Positions 16,262-26,163 of a stretch of 28,379 nucleotides of DNA are shown piece after piece (position 1 is the stretch's first letter; each line of letters opens with the position of its first letter). Under the pieces are notes generated by a model. The model saw nothing but the letters and a program-made list of their open reading frames with translations, ran no database searches and had not been told where the DNA came from. The stretch is taken from assembly GCA_963840855.1 (NCBI GenBank), contig CAWJBB010000071.1, positions 1-28,379 of the forward strand. Reading direction: 5' to 3'. This stretch comes from an uncultured delta proteobacterium. Its GTDB lineage: Bacteria > Desulfobacterota > Binatia > UBA9968. The position numbers and the translations under genes are program-made.

Positions 16262-17752
16262 ATGGTCAAGCCTGTAGATATGCGTAAGCCCCTGGGATTT
16301 TGGTCGGCGTTCTTCTGCGCGATAGCGTTGGCAGCGCAGCCAACGCTTTGGGCGCAAGAGACTGAAACGCCCGCGCCGAGCAAAGTCGAGCGGAAAAACC
16401 TGGCGCCGATATCGCGTGACGTGCTGCGTGTAAAGCTGCCGAAGCCGGTGGAAGCCAAGTTGAAGAACGGCTTGACGGTGCTGGTCATGGAGGATCGCCG
16501 GGCTCCGTTCGTCGCGATCCAGTTGCATATCGGTGGGGCGGGCGCGCTGTTTGAGCCAGCCCCTTTGGCCGGTTTGGCTAATACCACGGCGCAGATGCTC
16601 CGGGAAGGGACGAAGTCGCGCACGAGCATTCAAATTGCCGAAGCTATCGACCGTTTAGGCGCGAACCTTGGAGCCGGGTCTTCTTTCGGTTCTTCCGAAG
16701 TTGTGCTGAGCGCGTCGGGTTTGAGCGATAACTTCGACGCGTGGTTTGAAATTGTGCTTGATGTCTTGCTCAACCCCAGTTTCCCCGCAGATGAGCTGGA
16801 GAAGCTGAAACAACGCCAGCGCGTCCAGCTGCGCCAGCAGCGCTCGTCAGCGAATTTTCTCGCCAGCGAGCGTTTCAATCGAGCCGTTTACAACGGCCAT
16901 CCCGCTGCCATCGTGTCCCAGAATGAGAAATCGGTGGACGCGTTAACGCGAGAAATGCTCGTGCAATGGCACCGCGAGCGCTACGGACCACAAGACGCGA
17001 TTCTTGGAGTCGCCGGCAACGTTCGCGCGGCGGAGCTGATTACGAAGCTGGAAAAATTGTTGGCGCGTTGGAAGGCGAATAGAATGAAAGAAGCGTGGCC
17101 ACGCGACCCGGTGGCCGCCAGCGCACGCAAAGTGTTTCTCGTCCACCGGCCCAATTCCGTGCAAACAACCGTTGCGCTGGGCAATATCGCGATCGACCGC
17201 CGCAGCCCGGATTATTTTTCGATGGTCGTAATGAACCATGTGATCGGCGCGGGGAGTTCGGGCCGGTTGTTTCTCAATCTCCGCGAAGAAAAGGGCTACA
17301 CCTACGGCGTCTACAGCGATTTCAGCGCGCTGCGTTATCCCGGTCCATGGCGTGCCAGCGGTAACATGCGCACGGAAGTGACAGAGCCGGCGCTGGTGGA
17401 GTTTTTTAATGAGATCCGGCGCATTCGCGATGAACCCGTTCCCGCCGCGGAATTGGAAGCAAGCAAGCGCGCCATCGCGGCGAGCTTTGCTTTGTCCCTC
17501 GAGCAACCGTCAGCGCCGCTGAACTTCGCCATCGTAAGCAAGCGCTACGGGCTGTCGGCGGGTTATTGGGATGCTTACCCAGCGAAGATCATGGCAATAA
17601 GCGCCGCCGACGTGCGCCGTGTGGCGCGCAAATACTTGAATCCTGAAACCATGCAACTGGTGGCCGTGGGCGATGGCAAAATGATTAAAGTGGGGCTGGA
17701 AAAGTACGGCCCGCTAGAGGTCTACGACGACGAGGGGCGTCCCGTCCCTTGA
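16262..17752 (+). CDS. M16B peptidase non-catalytic partner subunit
   Basis: LKNGLTVL; GLANTTAQML replaces HxxEH; SGRLFLNLREEKGYTYG (R/Y pair); 6 nt downstream of the catalytic subunit. Confidence 0.92.
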   Translation: MVKPVDMRKPLGFWSAFFCAIALAAQPTLWAQETETPAPSKVERKNLAPISRDVLRVKLPKPVEAKLKNGLTVLVMEDRRAPFVAIQLHIGGAGALFEPAPLAGLANTTAQMLREGTKSRTSIQIAEAIDRLGANLGAGSSFGSSEVVLSASGLSDNFDAWFEIVLDVLLNPSFPADELEKLKQRQRVQLRQQRSSANFLASERFNRAVYNGHPAAIVSQNEKSVDALTREMLVQWHRERYGPQDAILGVAGNVRAAELITKLEKLLARWKANRMKEAWPRDPVAASARKVFLVHRPNSVQTTVALGNIAIDRRSPDYFSMVVMNHVIGAGSSGRLFLNLREEKGYTYGVYSDFSALRYPGPWRASGNMRTEVTEPALVEFFNEIRRIRDEPVPAAELEASKRAIAASFALSLEQPSAPLNFAIVSKRYGLSAGYWDAYPAKIMAISAADVRRVARKYLNPETMQLVAVGDGKMIKVGLEKYGPLEVYDDEGRPVP

Positions 17753-17772
17753 CCAGCAGGCCGGCATGGCCG

Positions 17773-17845
17773 GTTCAACGTTAAAAGTTCAAGGTTCAAT
17801 GTTTCGAACCTAATATTCCGGCTTCCGAAACCTTGAACTTTGAAC
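17773..17845. repeat. inverted heptamer (GTTCAAN / NTTGAAC) array forming a long hairpin
   Basis: GTTCAAC GTTAAAA GTTCAAG GTTCAAT GTTTCG ... CGAAAC CTTGAAC TTTGAAC. Confidence 0.8.
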
Positions 17846-17901
17846 AGGATCGACAGAACCCATAGGCGCGGGTTCCACCCATCGATTGACGGAGACTGAG
17901 C

Positions 17902-20308
17902 ATGTCCGCTGAAGCAACTGGAGCGTTGACGGGACTGCGCGTTCTCGATCTCACCGGGCGCAAAGGTGGTTATTGTGGCCTCTTGCTCGCCAACCTCGGG
18001 GCCGAAGTCGTACTCGTGGAACCACCGGACGGTGATCCGATGCGGCGCCAAGGACCCTATAAGAATGACCAGCCGCACGAAGATGGCAGCCTGTCATTCG
18101 CTGCCTACCATACCAACAAGCGCGGCATTGTTCTCGATCTCGAAGCCGACGCCGGCCGTGCGGCTCTATGCGCGTTGATACGCAATGCCGACGTCATCAT
18201 CGAAGATAAGCCGGTCGGTTATCTAGATAGAATCGGCCTTGGCTACGGCGCGCTCAGCGCGCTCAATCCCGCGATAGTGATGATTTCGATCTCGGGCTTC
18301 GGCCAATCGGGCCCTTACCGCGATTTTAAGACTTCGAGCATCGTCGCCTTCGCCATGGGCGGCCTGATGAATCTGTGCGGCCACCCAGGGCGCGCGCCGC
18401 TGATGGGGCCTTGCGATGTCGCTTATCATCTAGGTTCCGTCCATGCCGCCTTCGGCGCGCTCGTGGCGTTGTTCAACCGGCGCGGCGCCGGGCGCGGCGA
18501 TCATGTCGATATCTCGCTGCAAGACGTTTTGGTTGCCGATCCGTTTTTGCGCATCATTACTCGCTACAGCGTTACGGGTGAGGTGCCCGAACGCACCGGC
18601 CATAGCCAGGCGACCACGGTGGCGGAAACCTACAAGTGCAAAGACGGCTACGCGCGCATCTTCGTCAACCAGCCGGATCACTGGCGCCGTTTCGTGGAGT
18701 GGCTCGGCAATCCTCCGGAGCTAATCGACCCGCAACTCGAAACAGTGCCCAAAAGGATGCACCTGCGGCCGTTGATCGACCGGCTGGTCGAAGCGCGCAC
18801 GGTAAACTACGATACGGCGGCATTCTTCGAAGAGTTCCAGTCGAGACGGTTGGCGGCGGCGCCGATCAATTCTCCCAGCGCCCTGCTAGCGGACAAGCAA
18901 ACACAGCATCGCGGCTACGTCGTCGAAGTCGCACATCCTTACTTGGGACGGCACAAATTTCCCGGCGATCCCTATAAATTTTCCGCAAGCCGGTGGGGCA
19001 TTGAGCGCGGCGCGCCGCGCCTCGGCGAACACCAGCATGAAGTGGCACAGGTATTTTCTCGGCCATCACCCTGGCTAGACGAATGCGCGGGGCATGGCTC
19101 CGCAGCTAAAACAGACAAGCCTTCCTTCGAAGGTATTCGCCTCATCAGTTTTCCGACCGGCATCGTCGGACCGGCGCTGGCGAGTTTGATGGCCGATCAT
19201 GGTGCCGAAGTGATCGCCATCGAAGCAGGGCGGACATTGCGCAGCCCGCAGCGCGGGCAACGCTGGCAGGTCGCCTCGGACCTCGAAAGCAACCATGGCA
19301 AGAAACGGGTCGCCATCAACATGAAGCATCCCGATGGCCTAGAGCTGGCGAAGAAACTCATCGCCAAATCGGACGTCGTCGCGGAAAATTTTAGCGCCCG
19401 CGTGATGGCGAGCTGGGGACTGGATTATCCGCGCATGAAGGAAGTCAAGAATGACATTATCATGGCCAGCCTCCAGGCCTTCGGCCAGACCGGACCGCGG
19501 CGCGATTTCGTCAGCTTCGGACCGATTCTCATGTCCTTTTCCGGCATGACGTATCTGTGGCGCGACCCGGAGATCGAGCGGCCCGGCGCCGGCTGCCAAA
19601 CTGCGTTTCCCGATTTTATCGCGCCCTCTTACGGTGCCATTGCGATTCTCGCCGCGTTGCACCATCGCTCGCGCACGGGCGCAGGCCAGTATATCGATAT
19701 CTCCCAGGCGGAATCAGCGGCGTCGATGCTTGGCCCCGCCTACTTGGAATATCTCATCAATGGCCGTGAGCCCGAGCCCCAGGGCAACTTCAGCGCTTTT
19801 GCCGCGCCGCATGGCGCCTACCGGTGTAAAGGCGATGACCGGTGGTGCGCGATTTCAATAGAGACGCAGGAAGAATGGCTCAGATTCTGTGAAGCGGCGG
19901 GACGCAAAGAATGGGCGTCGGATGCGCGCTATGCAGACCCTGCGTCACGGCTTGCCCAGCGCCGCGAACTCGATGCTCTTAGTTGAGTCTTGGACCGTCG
20001 AGCACACGCCACATCAAGTCATGGTAATACTGCAGCGCGATGGCATTGCCGCCGGCGTCATGCAGACCGCCGAGGATTTATACCGCGATCCGCACCTGCG
20101 CGAGCGTGGATTCGCGCGCGAGGTGTTTCATCCACAAGCGGGTTGGGTGACACGCGCCGGTCCGTCGGTACGCTTGACCGATCATCGATTTTCACCGGGT
20201 GGCGCCGCGCATCAAGCCGGCGACGATAACGAAGCGGTATTTGGCGAACTACTCGGGTTGTCGAAAGCGCAGATCCAAGAGCTCACGGAGCGGGAGGTGG
20301 TACGCTAA
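17902..20308 (+). pseudogene. tandem two-domain family III CoA-transferase (CaiB/BaiF), frameshifted at about 19981
   Basis: LTGLRVLDL..LANLGAEVVLVEPP..NKRGIVLDL and a second repeat FEGIRL..HGAEVIAIE..GKKRVAINMK..SDVVAENF. CTT-A-GTT-GAG has one extra A, and ELDALVESWT... continues to TAA 20308. May be a sequencing error. Confidence 0.85.
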
Positions 20309-20311
20309 CGA

Positions 20312-20342
20312 GTAGGATGGGGAGGGCGGAGCGACACGCTTC
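20312..20342 (+). repeat. degenerate GTAG-type REP-like element
   Basis: GTAGGATGGGGAGGGCGGAGCGACACGCTTC resembles the GTAGGATGGGTAGAGCGCAGCGAAACCCATC repeat type; lies just after a stop codon. Confidence 0.4.
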
Positions 20343-20349
20343 GTGTACC

Positions 20350-20439
20350 GTTCAAAGTTCAACGTTCAAGTTGGTGATTTTCCTCGTGCGGTTCAATGAA
20401 GATCCGAAAACGTTGAACATTGAACCTTGAACTTTGAAC
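20350..20439. repeat. inverted heptamer (GTTCAAN / NTTGAAC) array
   Basis: GTTCAAA GTTCAAC GTTCAAG ... GTTGAAC ATTGAAC CTTGAAC TTTGAAC. Confidence 0.82.
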
Positions 20440-20455
20440 CAACAGGACCGGACCA

Positions 20456-21595
20456 ATGCTTCAGGGTTACAAACTCTTCGATGCAGATGCCCACGCCATG
20501 ATGAGCCCGCGCATGTGGGAGACGCTGCCCAAAGAATATCTGGCGCGGCGGCCTCGGCCAACGCGGGTTCACGACGCCGCAGACATGGGACGCTGGACCA
20601 GTGGCTGGTTGGTTGAAGGGCAGATTATTCCCCATGCTCTAGGTCCAGGGAGCCAGCCCGGCAACGAACCGGCGCGGGTGCTGGAAGAATTCGGCGCGAA
20701 ATCAAACAGTGAAGATTTTCCATTGAGCAGTTTCGATCTTTCCGATCCGCAGGCGCGCCTGCGAGGCATGGACGTCATGGGCGTCGATTACCAGATGCTT
20801 TATCCGACGACTCTGTACGCGCGCATGACCGGCGACCCCGGCTTTGAAGCCGCACTGATGCGCGCCTATAACCGCTACATCGGCAGGCAGTGTCGGCTCG
20901 CGCCGAGGCGACTCAAATGGGCGGGGCTCTTGCCGTTACGCGATTCCAAGCAGGGCTGTGAAGCCATCGAGGAGATGATCGCGCTCGGCAGCACCGCCGC
21001 TGTAGTCTACGGCACCGCGGGAGACCGTTTGCTTTGCCATCGGAGCTTCACTCCGGTTTGGGACGAGTTGCATCGCTCGGGCTTGCCTTTGTGTGTTCAT
21101 ATGGGCATGAGTTACCCGCCGTTTTTGGACGTGTGCAACGGGCTGCTCTCCGCCCACGGCATCGGCATGAGCCTGCCGGCTCAGATGGCGTTCGTGGCCA
21201 TCGTCGGCCACGGTATGCTTGACCGCTATCCCAATCTCAAAGTCGGCTTTCTCGAATTCGGCGCTGAATGGATTCTCTACATGGTAGCGCGTCTCGATCA
21301 CTATCTCCCGATCGATAGGAGCCAGATGCCGATCAAAGACGAAGTCCCGCGGCAATCGATTGAAGAATATGCCAAGTCCGGCCGCGTTTTCATCGCCGGC
21401 GAAGCCGATGACAAGATGTTGCCTCAGGAGATGGAATTGCTCGGTGAAGATCAGATCTTATATTCTTCCGACCTACCGCACGGCGAAGGGCGCCACAACG
21501 CGGCGAAGGAGATTCTTGGCCGCGGCGATATCACTGAAACGCAAAAACGCAAGATCCTCTACGATAACGCAGTCAGGTTTTTCGGCGAGCCGTAA
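20456..21595 (+). CDS. amidohydrolase family protein (Amidohydro_2, decarboxylase/hydrolase-like)
   Basis: FDADAH, MDVMGVDYQMLYPT, RAYNRY, PLCVH, RYPNLKVGFLEFGAEW, LYSSDLPH, KILYDNAVRFF. Confidence 0.92.
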   Translation: MLQGYKLFDADAHAMMSPRMWETLPKEYLARRPRPTRVHDAADMGRWTSGWLVEGQIIPHALGPGSQPGNEPARVLEEFGAKSNSEDFPLSSFDLSDPQARLRGMDVMGVDYQMLYPTTLYARMTGDPGFEAALMRAYNRYIGRQCRLAPRRLKWAGLLPLRDSKQGCEAIEEMIALGSTAAVVYGTAGDRLLCHRSFTPVWDELHRSGLPLCVHMGMSYPPFLDVCNGLLSAHGIGMSLPAQMAFVAIVGHGMLDRYPNLKVGFLEFGAEWILYMVARLDHYLPIDRSQMPIKDEVPRQSIEEYAKSGRVFIAGEADDKMLPQEMELLGEDQILYSSDLPHGEGRHNAAKEILGRGDITETQKRKILYDNAVRFFGEP

Positions 21596-21643
21596 CCGGC
21601 TTGGCACTTTCAATCTACGCGCCGACCACAGGCAAAGGCGCGA

Positions 21644-21673
21644 TGTCATTCTGAGGAACGCAGTGACGAAGAA
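21644..21673 (+). repeat. TGTCATTCTGAG-type REP-like repeat between convergent genes
   Basis: TGTCATTCTGAGGAACGCAGTGACGAAGAA resembles the TGTCATTCTGAGCG..GCGAAGAATCT repeat type. Confidence 0.5.
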
Positions 21674-21725
21674 GCCTTCGACATTTAGTCCCGTCAAAAC
21701 GGTTTTAGCGAAGCAAACATCCTTT

Positions 21726-22538
21726 TTACTTTCGATCTTCCGGCTTGACGTAGCCTACCGTGCCGCCGCCTTTTTGGGAGTGCAGATAGCCTTCGACGTC
21801 ATTGAGCGGGTTGGTGTAGTAGCGCAGGCGGTGTTGCACGAGGTCGTCGGCTCTAAGCGCCATGTCGAAGGGCAAATCTTTTTGCATGTAGGCGGCGATC
21901 TTGGCGTTCTCTAAGGTCGCGCCGTTGCGGCTGGCGAGTTCTCTGGCCAGGGTTTCAACGTAAGCATCCAACTCTTTTTCAGGAACGACCTGAGAAACGA
22001 GGCCGATTCGTTCGGCTTCGATGCCGGTCAAGTTCCTCCCGGTGAGGGTGATGTAAAATGCTTTTTTAATCGGTATCGCGCCGTGAAACAGGGACGGCGT
22101 CGCCGTAGCGCCATAGCTGCCGCGGATGACTTCCGGCATGCCGAACTTTGCAGTATCGGCGCTGATGACTAGATCGTGGCCATTGATCATCGCCAGGCCG
22201 CCGCCAAGGCACCAGCCTCTAACGGATGCCACCGTGACTTGTGGAAGCGCGCGCATGATAGCGACTATTTCGGCAACGCCGCCGATGCCGCGAGTGCGGT
22301 TCCGGTTGTTCTGACCGCGCATGTCGTACAAGTCGCGCCCTGACGAATACGAATCGCCGGCGCCGGTCGTGACAATGCAGCGGATCTTGTCGTTGTCGGC
22401 GATGCCGCGCAGGAGGTCGCCCAGCTCTTTGAGCAGAGCGATACTGAGCGCATTTTTCTTTTCTGGACGGTTGAGCGCCAGCCAGGCTATGCCTGTGTTT
22501 TCGTCGATATTTGCGGCGATGAGTTTATTGTCGGACAT
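21726..22538 (-). CDS. enoyl-CoA hydratase/isomerase (crotonase) family, hydroxycinnamoyl-CoA hydratase-lyase-like
   Basis: LNRPEKKNALS, TGAGDSYSSGRDL, VRGWCLGGG, FGMPEV, AERIGLV; RBS AAGGAG. Confidence 0.9.
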   Translation of the reverse strand: MSDNKLIAANIDENTGIAWLALNRPEKKNALSIALLKELGDLLRGIADNDKIRCIVTTGAGDSYSSGRDLYDMRGQNNRNRTRGIGGVAEIVAIMRALPQVTVASVRGWCLGGGLAMINGHDLVISADTAKFGMPEVIRGSYGATATPSLFHGAIPIKKAFYITLTGRNLTGIEAERIGLVSQVVPEKELDAYVETLARELASRNGATLENAKIAAYMQKDLPFDMALRADDLVQHRLRYYTNPLNDVEGYLHSQKGGGTVGYVKPEDRK

Positions 22539-22554
22539 ATTTAGCTCCTTAAAG

Positions 22555-22585
22555 GGTTCAATGGTTCAAAGTTCAAGGTTCAATG
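22555..22585. repeat. heptamer GTTCAAN array (single arm)
   Basis: GTTCAATG GTTCAAA GTTCAAG GTTCAAT, directly upstream of the crotonase RBS. Confidence 0.75.
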
Positions 22586-22641
22586 CCGGAAAACGGACGA
22601 TCACGGGACACGATCACGAGGGTGCGCAAATGACGCCGCGA

Positions 22642-22821
22642 CTAAAATCGATAAAACGTCCTGGCGTTGTCCGCGAGGATTTTTTGCTTGGTCTTGTCTG
22701 AAATATCCGTGCGCCGGACCACGTGGCTTACAGTGTGGGGCCACTCGGTGTCCCAGTGCGGGTAGTCCGAGGCGTACATCATGCATTCGTCGCCGAAGAT
22801 CTCGATCGTCAAGGGCAGCGC
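22642..22821 (-). pseudogene. orphan C-terminal fragment of an Amidohydro_2 protein (not in the ORF track)
   Basis: ALPLTIEIFGDECMMYASDYPHWDTEWPHTVSHVVRRTDISDKTKQKILADNARTFYRF*; starts about 10 nt after the permease stop. Confidence 0.85.
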
Positions 22822-22831
22822 TACCTACGAT

Positions 22832-24523
22832 TCAGTCCTGGAGCCCATGGCGCTGCGCAAGCTTCAAAAATATCGACCCCACGACCACCGTCCCCATGGC
22901 GATGACCAGGCTGAAGGCAGCCAATTCGCCGACATGGCCATTGTCCCATAGTTCCCAGATTTTCACCGCGACGACCTGCGAACCCGGTGAATAGAGCAGT
23001 AGCGCGATGGAGAGTTCCCTAAACGTAATCAAAAAGATGTATATCCAACCGGCGAGCAACGCAGGCATGATAAGGGGTATGACGACTTGCCGCACCATCT
23101 GAAACCAGCTTGCGCCGCTGACCAACGCGCCTTCTTCCAGTTCCTTGTGAACGCTGAGCAGCGCCGAATGGCTGAAGCGAATGCCATAGGGGAGGTAGCG
23201 CGCGATGAACGCCAATACGAGAATCCAGATGGTCCCATACACGGGCAACGGAATCATCAAGTACATTTTCAGGATAGCGATGCCCATGACGATGCCCGGA
23301 AATACCAAAGGCAACATCGCCATCTGATCCAGCAGCCAACGCGATTTGATCGAAGCGCGCACGATCAGCCACGCGGCGATGAATGTAAGGATGATAGCGA
23401 CGGTGGCGGAACTCACGCTTACCGTGAGGCTGTTCATGACTGAGCCGACTATACTGCTGTCGGCGAAGGCGCTGCGATAATTGTTAAGGCTGACCATAGA
23501 CAGCGCTTTCGCGGAGGGCGCCTGGGCGAAGGGCAAGAGGGACGACCAGGTGATCGCCGCGACGGGGAAAATTTGCAGCAGCGGCAGCACCAGCATGAGA
23601 CAACCGCCAAACCAGCGCCAGCGGCCCAGATCCACGCGGTGCGGGCGATAGGCTTTGCCGCTGATCGTCGTGAACTTATAGGTCTTGCTGGTGATGCGAT
23701 AGTAGGGAATGAGACCGAGGGCGACCATGACGATCAGAATAATCGAGTAAGCGCTGGCTTCGCCGTATTTTGGTAACAGCCCGCCTCTGATTTGCAGATA
23801 AATCTTGGTCGTGAGCACCTCGACGCCGGCCGGTATGCCGATCAACGCTGGAATCTCGAAAGCTTCGAGGGAGCGAATGAAAGTCAAAATCAAAACCGCC
23901 AACACGCTCGGCAATGCCAACGGGAAAGTCACCTTGCGGAAAACTTGCCACCCGGTGCTCCCCGCTGTGGTGGCTGCTTCCTCCAGCGACGGGTCCATGG
24001 AGCGAAACGGCGTGGACATGAGCAAGAAGACGATCGGTATCCAGAGAAAGCTCTCGACCAGGATCATTCCTTGCATGGAAAAGATGTTGAGCAGCGGCGC
24101 GCCGGTGATGGGCATGACGAAGGAATTAATAATGCCGGCCTTGGGGCCGAGCAGCATGATCCAACCGACGACTTTGATGATCCCCGGGATGGCGAACGAA
24201 ACATATGCGGTCATGTAAGCTAGAGTACGAAACGGGGCGTTGGAACGCTCCGCGAGCCAGGCCAGCGCCGTGCCGTAACAGATCGCGAGCCCGGCACTGC
24301 CGACGGAAAATATCATCGAGTTGGCAAGAAGGGTCTGCACGTCGCCGAGGGAATCGACGATGTTCATGAAATGTTGGATTGTAAAACTGCCGGCTTGGAG
24401 GCCGCGGTCGGTCACCAAGCTGGTGTGCAGGATAAAGAAAAAAGGCGGCAATACCAGGTACGCCAGCATGATGGTGGTGAGGAGAAATAACACCTGGGCG
24501 GGGTTACGCATCATCATGTACAT
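22832..24523 (-). CDS. ABC transporter permease, FbpB/AfuB-type (two fused TM domains)
   Basis: Two EAA loops (DPSLEEAATTAGS and HKELEEGALVSGA), FEIPALIG, FRELSIALLL. Confidence 0.93.
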   Translation of the reverse strand: MYMMMRNPAQVLFLLTTIMLAYLVLPPFFFILHTSLVTDRGLQAGSFTIQHFMNIVDSLGDVQTLLANSMIFSVGSAGLAICYGTALAWLAERSNAPFRTLAYMTAYVSFAIPGIIKVVGWIMLLGPKAGIINSFVMPITGAPLLNIFSMQGMILVESFLWIPIVFLLMSTPFRSMDPSLEEAATTAGSTGWQVFRKVTFPLALPSVLAVLILTFIRSLEAFEIPALIGIPAGVEVLTTKIYLQIRGGLLPKYGEASAYSIILIVMVALGLIPYYRITSKTYKFTTISGKAYRPHRVDLGRWRWFGGCLMLVLPLLQIFPVAAITWSSLLPFAQAPSAKALSMVSLNNYRSAFADSSIVGSVMNSLTVSVSSATVAIILTFIAAWLIVRASIKSRWLLDQMAMLPLVFPGIVMGIAILKMYLMIPLPVYGTIWILVLAFIARYLPYGIRFSHSALLSVHKELEEGALVSGASWFQMVRQVVIPLIMPALLAGWIYIFLITFRELSIALLLYSPGSQVVAVKIWELWDNGHVGELAAFSLVIAMGTVVVGSIFLKLAQRHGLQD

Positions 24524-24750
24524 AGTTCAGCCCTTTTCGCGCCAAAGGCTTCTGGCGTTCGGTTGCCAAATTCTCCAAACGAGAGACTGCGAAATAGAAA
24601 CCGGTAACTCGCTATCGGCCTGCTATATATCAAAACGATTGGCCAAGACAATCGCGCGAATACGAGCTCTAGCGTCAGCAGTAAAGGATAAGGGTTACAG
24701 GATGGGACAAGCCACGCGTCTCAACCCCTAACGCTTCACGTCTTGCTGTT

Positions 24751-25947
24751 TTACGCCCACGGTCCGATAAAGGGTTCGCCGGTGTAAGTGTCCGACAACG
24801 GCTCGAGTATTTCCGGCCAATGGTTAGGGTCGACCCTGCGGCGCAGCTCCTTCGGACGCGGCTTTCCGTCCCAGCCCACCTGTTCCATGTAGTAGTAAAG
24901 CTCGATGCAGTGGCCGTCGGGGTCGAAGGCGTAGGCGGCGTAGTCAATGCCGGGGTGCAACTCCGGCGGGATGATGTCGGTCTCGACGCGCACGCCGTGG
25001 TCGCGCAAGAAAGTTACGGCGTCCCTGAGCTGCTGATAGTTTGCCAGCTGTAAGCCAAAGGACATATTCGACGTGGTTTCGCTGAGACCTAACTTCTTAC
25101 GCCATGATTTAGGAAATAGACCGAGCGAATGATGCTCATTGTCACAGCGCAAGAACGCGCAGCGTTCGCCTTGCCATTCTACTTCTTCCGTCAAGGTGAA
25201 CCCCAAAACCTGCTCGTGCCAACGTTTTAACGATTCGTAGTCGTCGACAAAAAGCTTTACCGGGCCGACGCGAGTGATCTTAAACGGTTGGGGGAGCAAC
25301 AGGCCGTCGACGCTGTATTTGAGCGGCATTGGGCTAACGCAGCGCCGGCCGTCGAACACGCTGATGCCTTTCTCGATGTCGGCGCGCACGAGTTCGTAGT
25401 CGGGGAGCTGAGGTTCCGCGGGTGGATTCGGAGAACCGTGGCGCATCGGCACCGGACGCGCGTAGCCGTTCCAGCTGATCTGCTCGATGCCGTAGTAGAG
25501 TTCAAAGATCTGCTCATCCGGCGCCCAAACATAGAGGTGAAACTGGGAGCCTCCGCCTCCCGCCCGGCCCTCGCGCATAATCTCGATCCCCAGGTCCCGA
25601 AAGTACTTGCTGGCCTCTGCCATCTCAGTGATGCTCTGGACCTGCCAGGTGATTTGATTGATGTCATTCTCCGGCCGATAATGCTTGGCGTTGTGCCCGG
25701 CGTATTGTCGCTCGTTGAACTTTTTCTTTTCGAACAGGGCGAAGGAGTGATGATCGCCCGCGTGCCGGCCAAAGAAACCCGCGCCGGCGGGTTCAGTGAT
25801 GAAAAAGCCTAGCAGGTCGAAGTAGAAATGCCTGCTGGCCTCCAAGTCCGACGCGTTAAAGCCGAAGTGGCCAAGGCGCCGAATTTTGAAAGGGCGGTGC
25901 CAGGCGACTCCGCCCACGTTGTACTTGGTCATGTTCAATGCGGCCAT
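24751..25947 (-). CDS. two-domain VOC protein, extradiol ring-cleavage dioxygenase-like
   Basis: Internal duplication (PFKIRRLGH / PFKITRVGP; DHHSFALF / EHHSLGLF; IFELYYGIEQISWNG / CIELYYYMEQVGWDG); RBS GGGAG. Confidence 0.88.
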   Translation of the reverse strand: MAALNMTKYNVGGVAWHRPFKIRRLGHFGFNASDLEASRHFYFDLLGFFITEPAGAGFFGRHAGDHHSFALFEKKKFNERQYAGHNAKHYRPENDINQITWQVQSITEMAEASKYFRDLGIEIMREGRAGGGGSQFHLYVWAPDEQIFELYYGIEQISWNGYARPVPMRHGSPNPPAEPQLPDYELVRADIEKGISVFDGRRCVSPMPLKYSVDGLLLPQPFKITRVGPVKLFVDDYESLKRWHEQVLGFTLTEEVEWQGERCAFLRCDNEHHSLGLFPKSWRKKLGLSETTSNMSFGLQLANYQQLRDAVTFLRDHGVRVETDIIPPELHPGIDYAAYAFDPDGHCIELYYYMEQVGWDGKPRPKELRRRVDPNHWPEILEPLSDTYTGEPFIGPWA

Positions 25948-26163
25948 GGTAGTTTCTCCCGCTTTTTCTTATTTCTTACCTTAGCTATTGTGGTCACACG
26001 TTAACTCAGTCCATCTCGGCAATCCAGCCCAACTGGCCAAGCGCCATCGAGCGGTGGCTGAACTCACACTCTCTTAAATGCCGATACCACAGCCACGACC
26101 GTCGCCGCAAGAACAGGGCAATGAATCGCATGCCACGTGGCAATTCATCTAATTCAAACCAGC

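Noticed and set aside
14819-17752. M16 pair as a PqqF/PqqG-like or RiPP maturation protease
   Set aside because: No precursor peptide, radical SAM or pqq genes nearby; both subunits have signal-peptide-like N-termini, typical of ordinary exported M16B heterodimers
19984-19986. TGA in the CoA-transferase as a possible Sec codon
   Set aside because: Family-like sequence continues in a different frame, so this is a +1 frameshift rather than in-frame read-through
17773-20439. Heptamer and nonamer arrays as CRISPR repeats
   Set aside because: Units are 7-9 bp with no unique spacers, and there are no cas genes
24680-24745. Possible degenerate heptamer inverted array (AAGGATA AGGGTTA ... CCCCTAA CGCTTCA)
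   Set aside because: Too degenerate to support by eye
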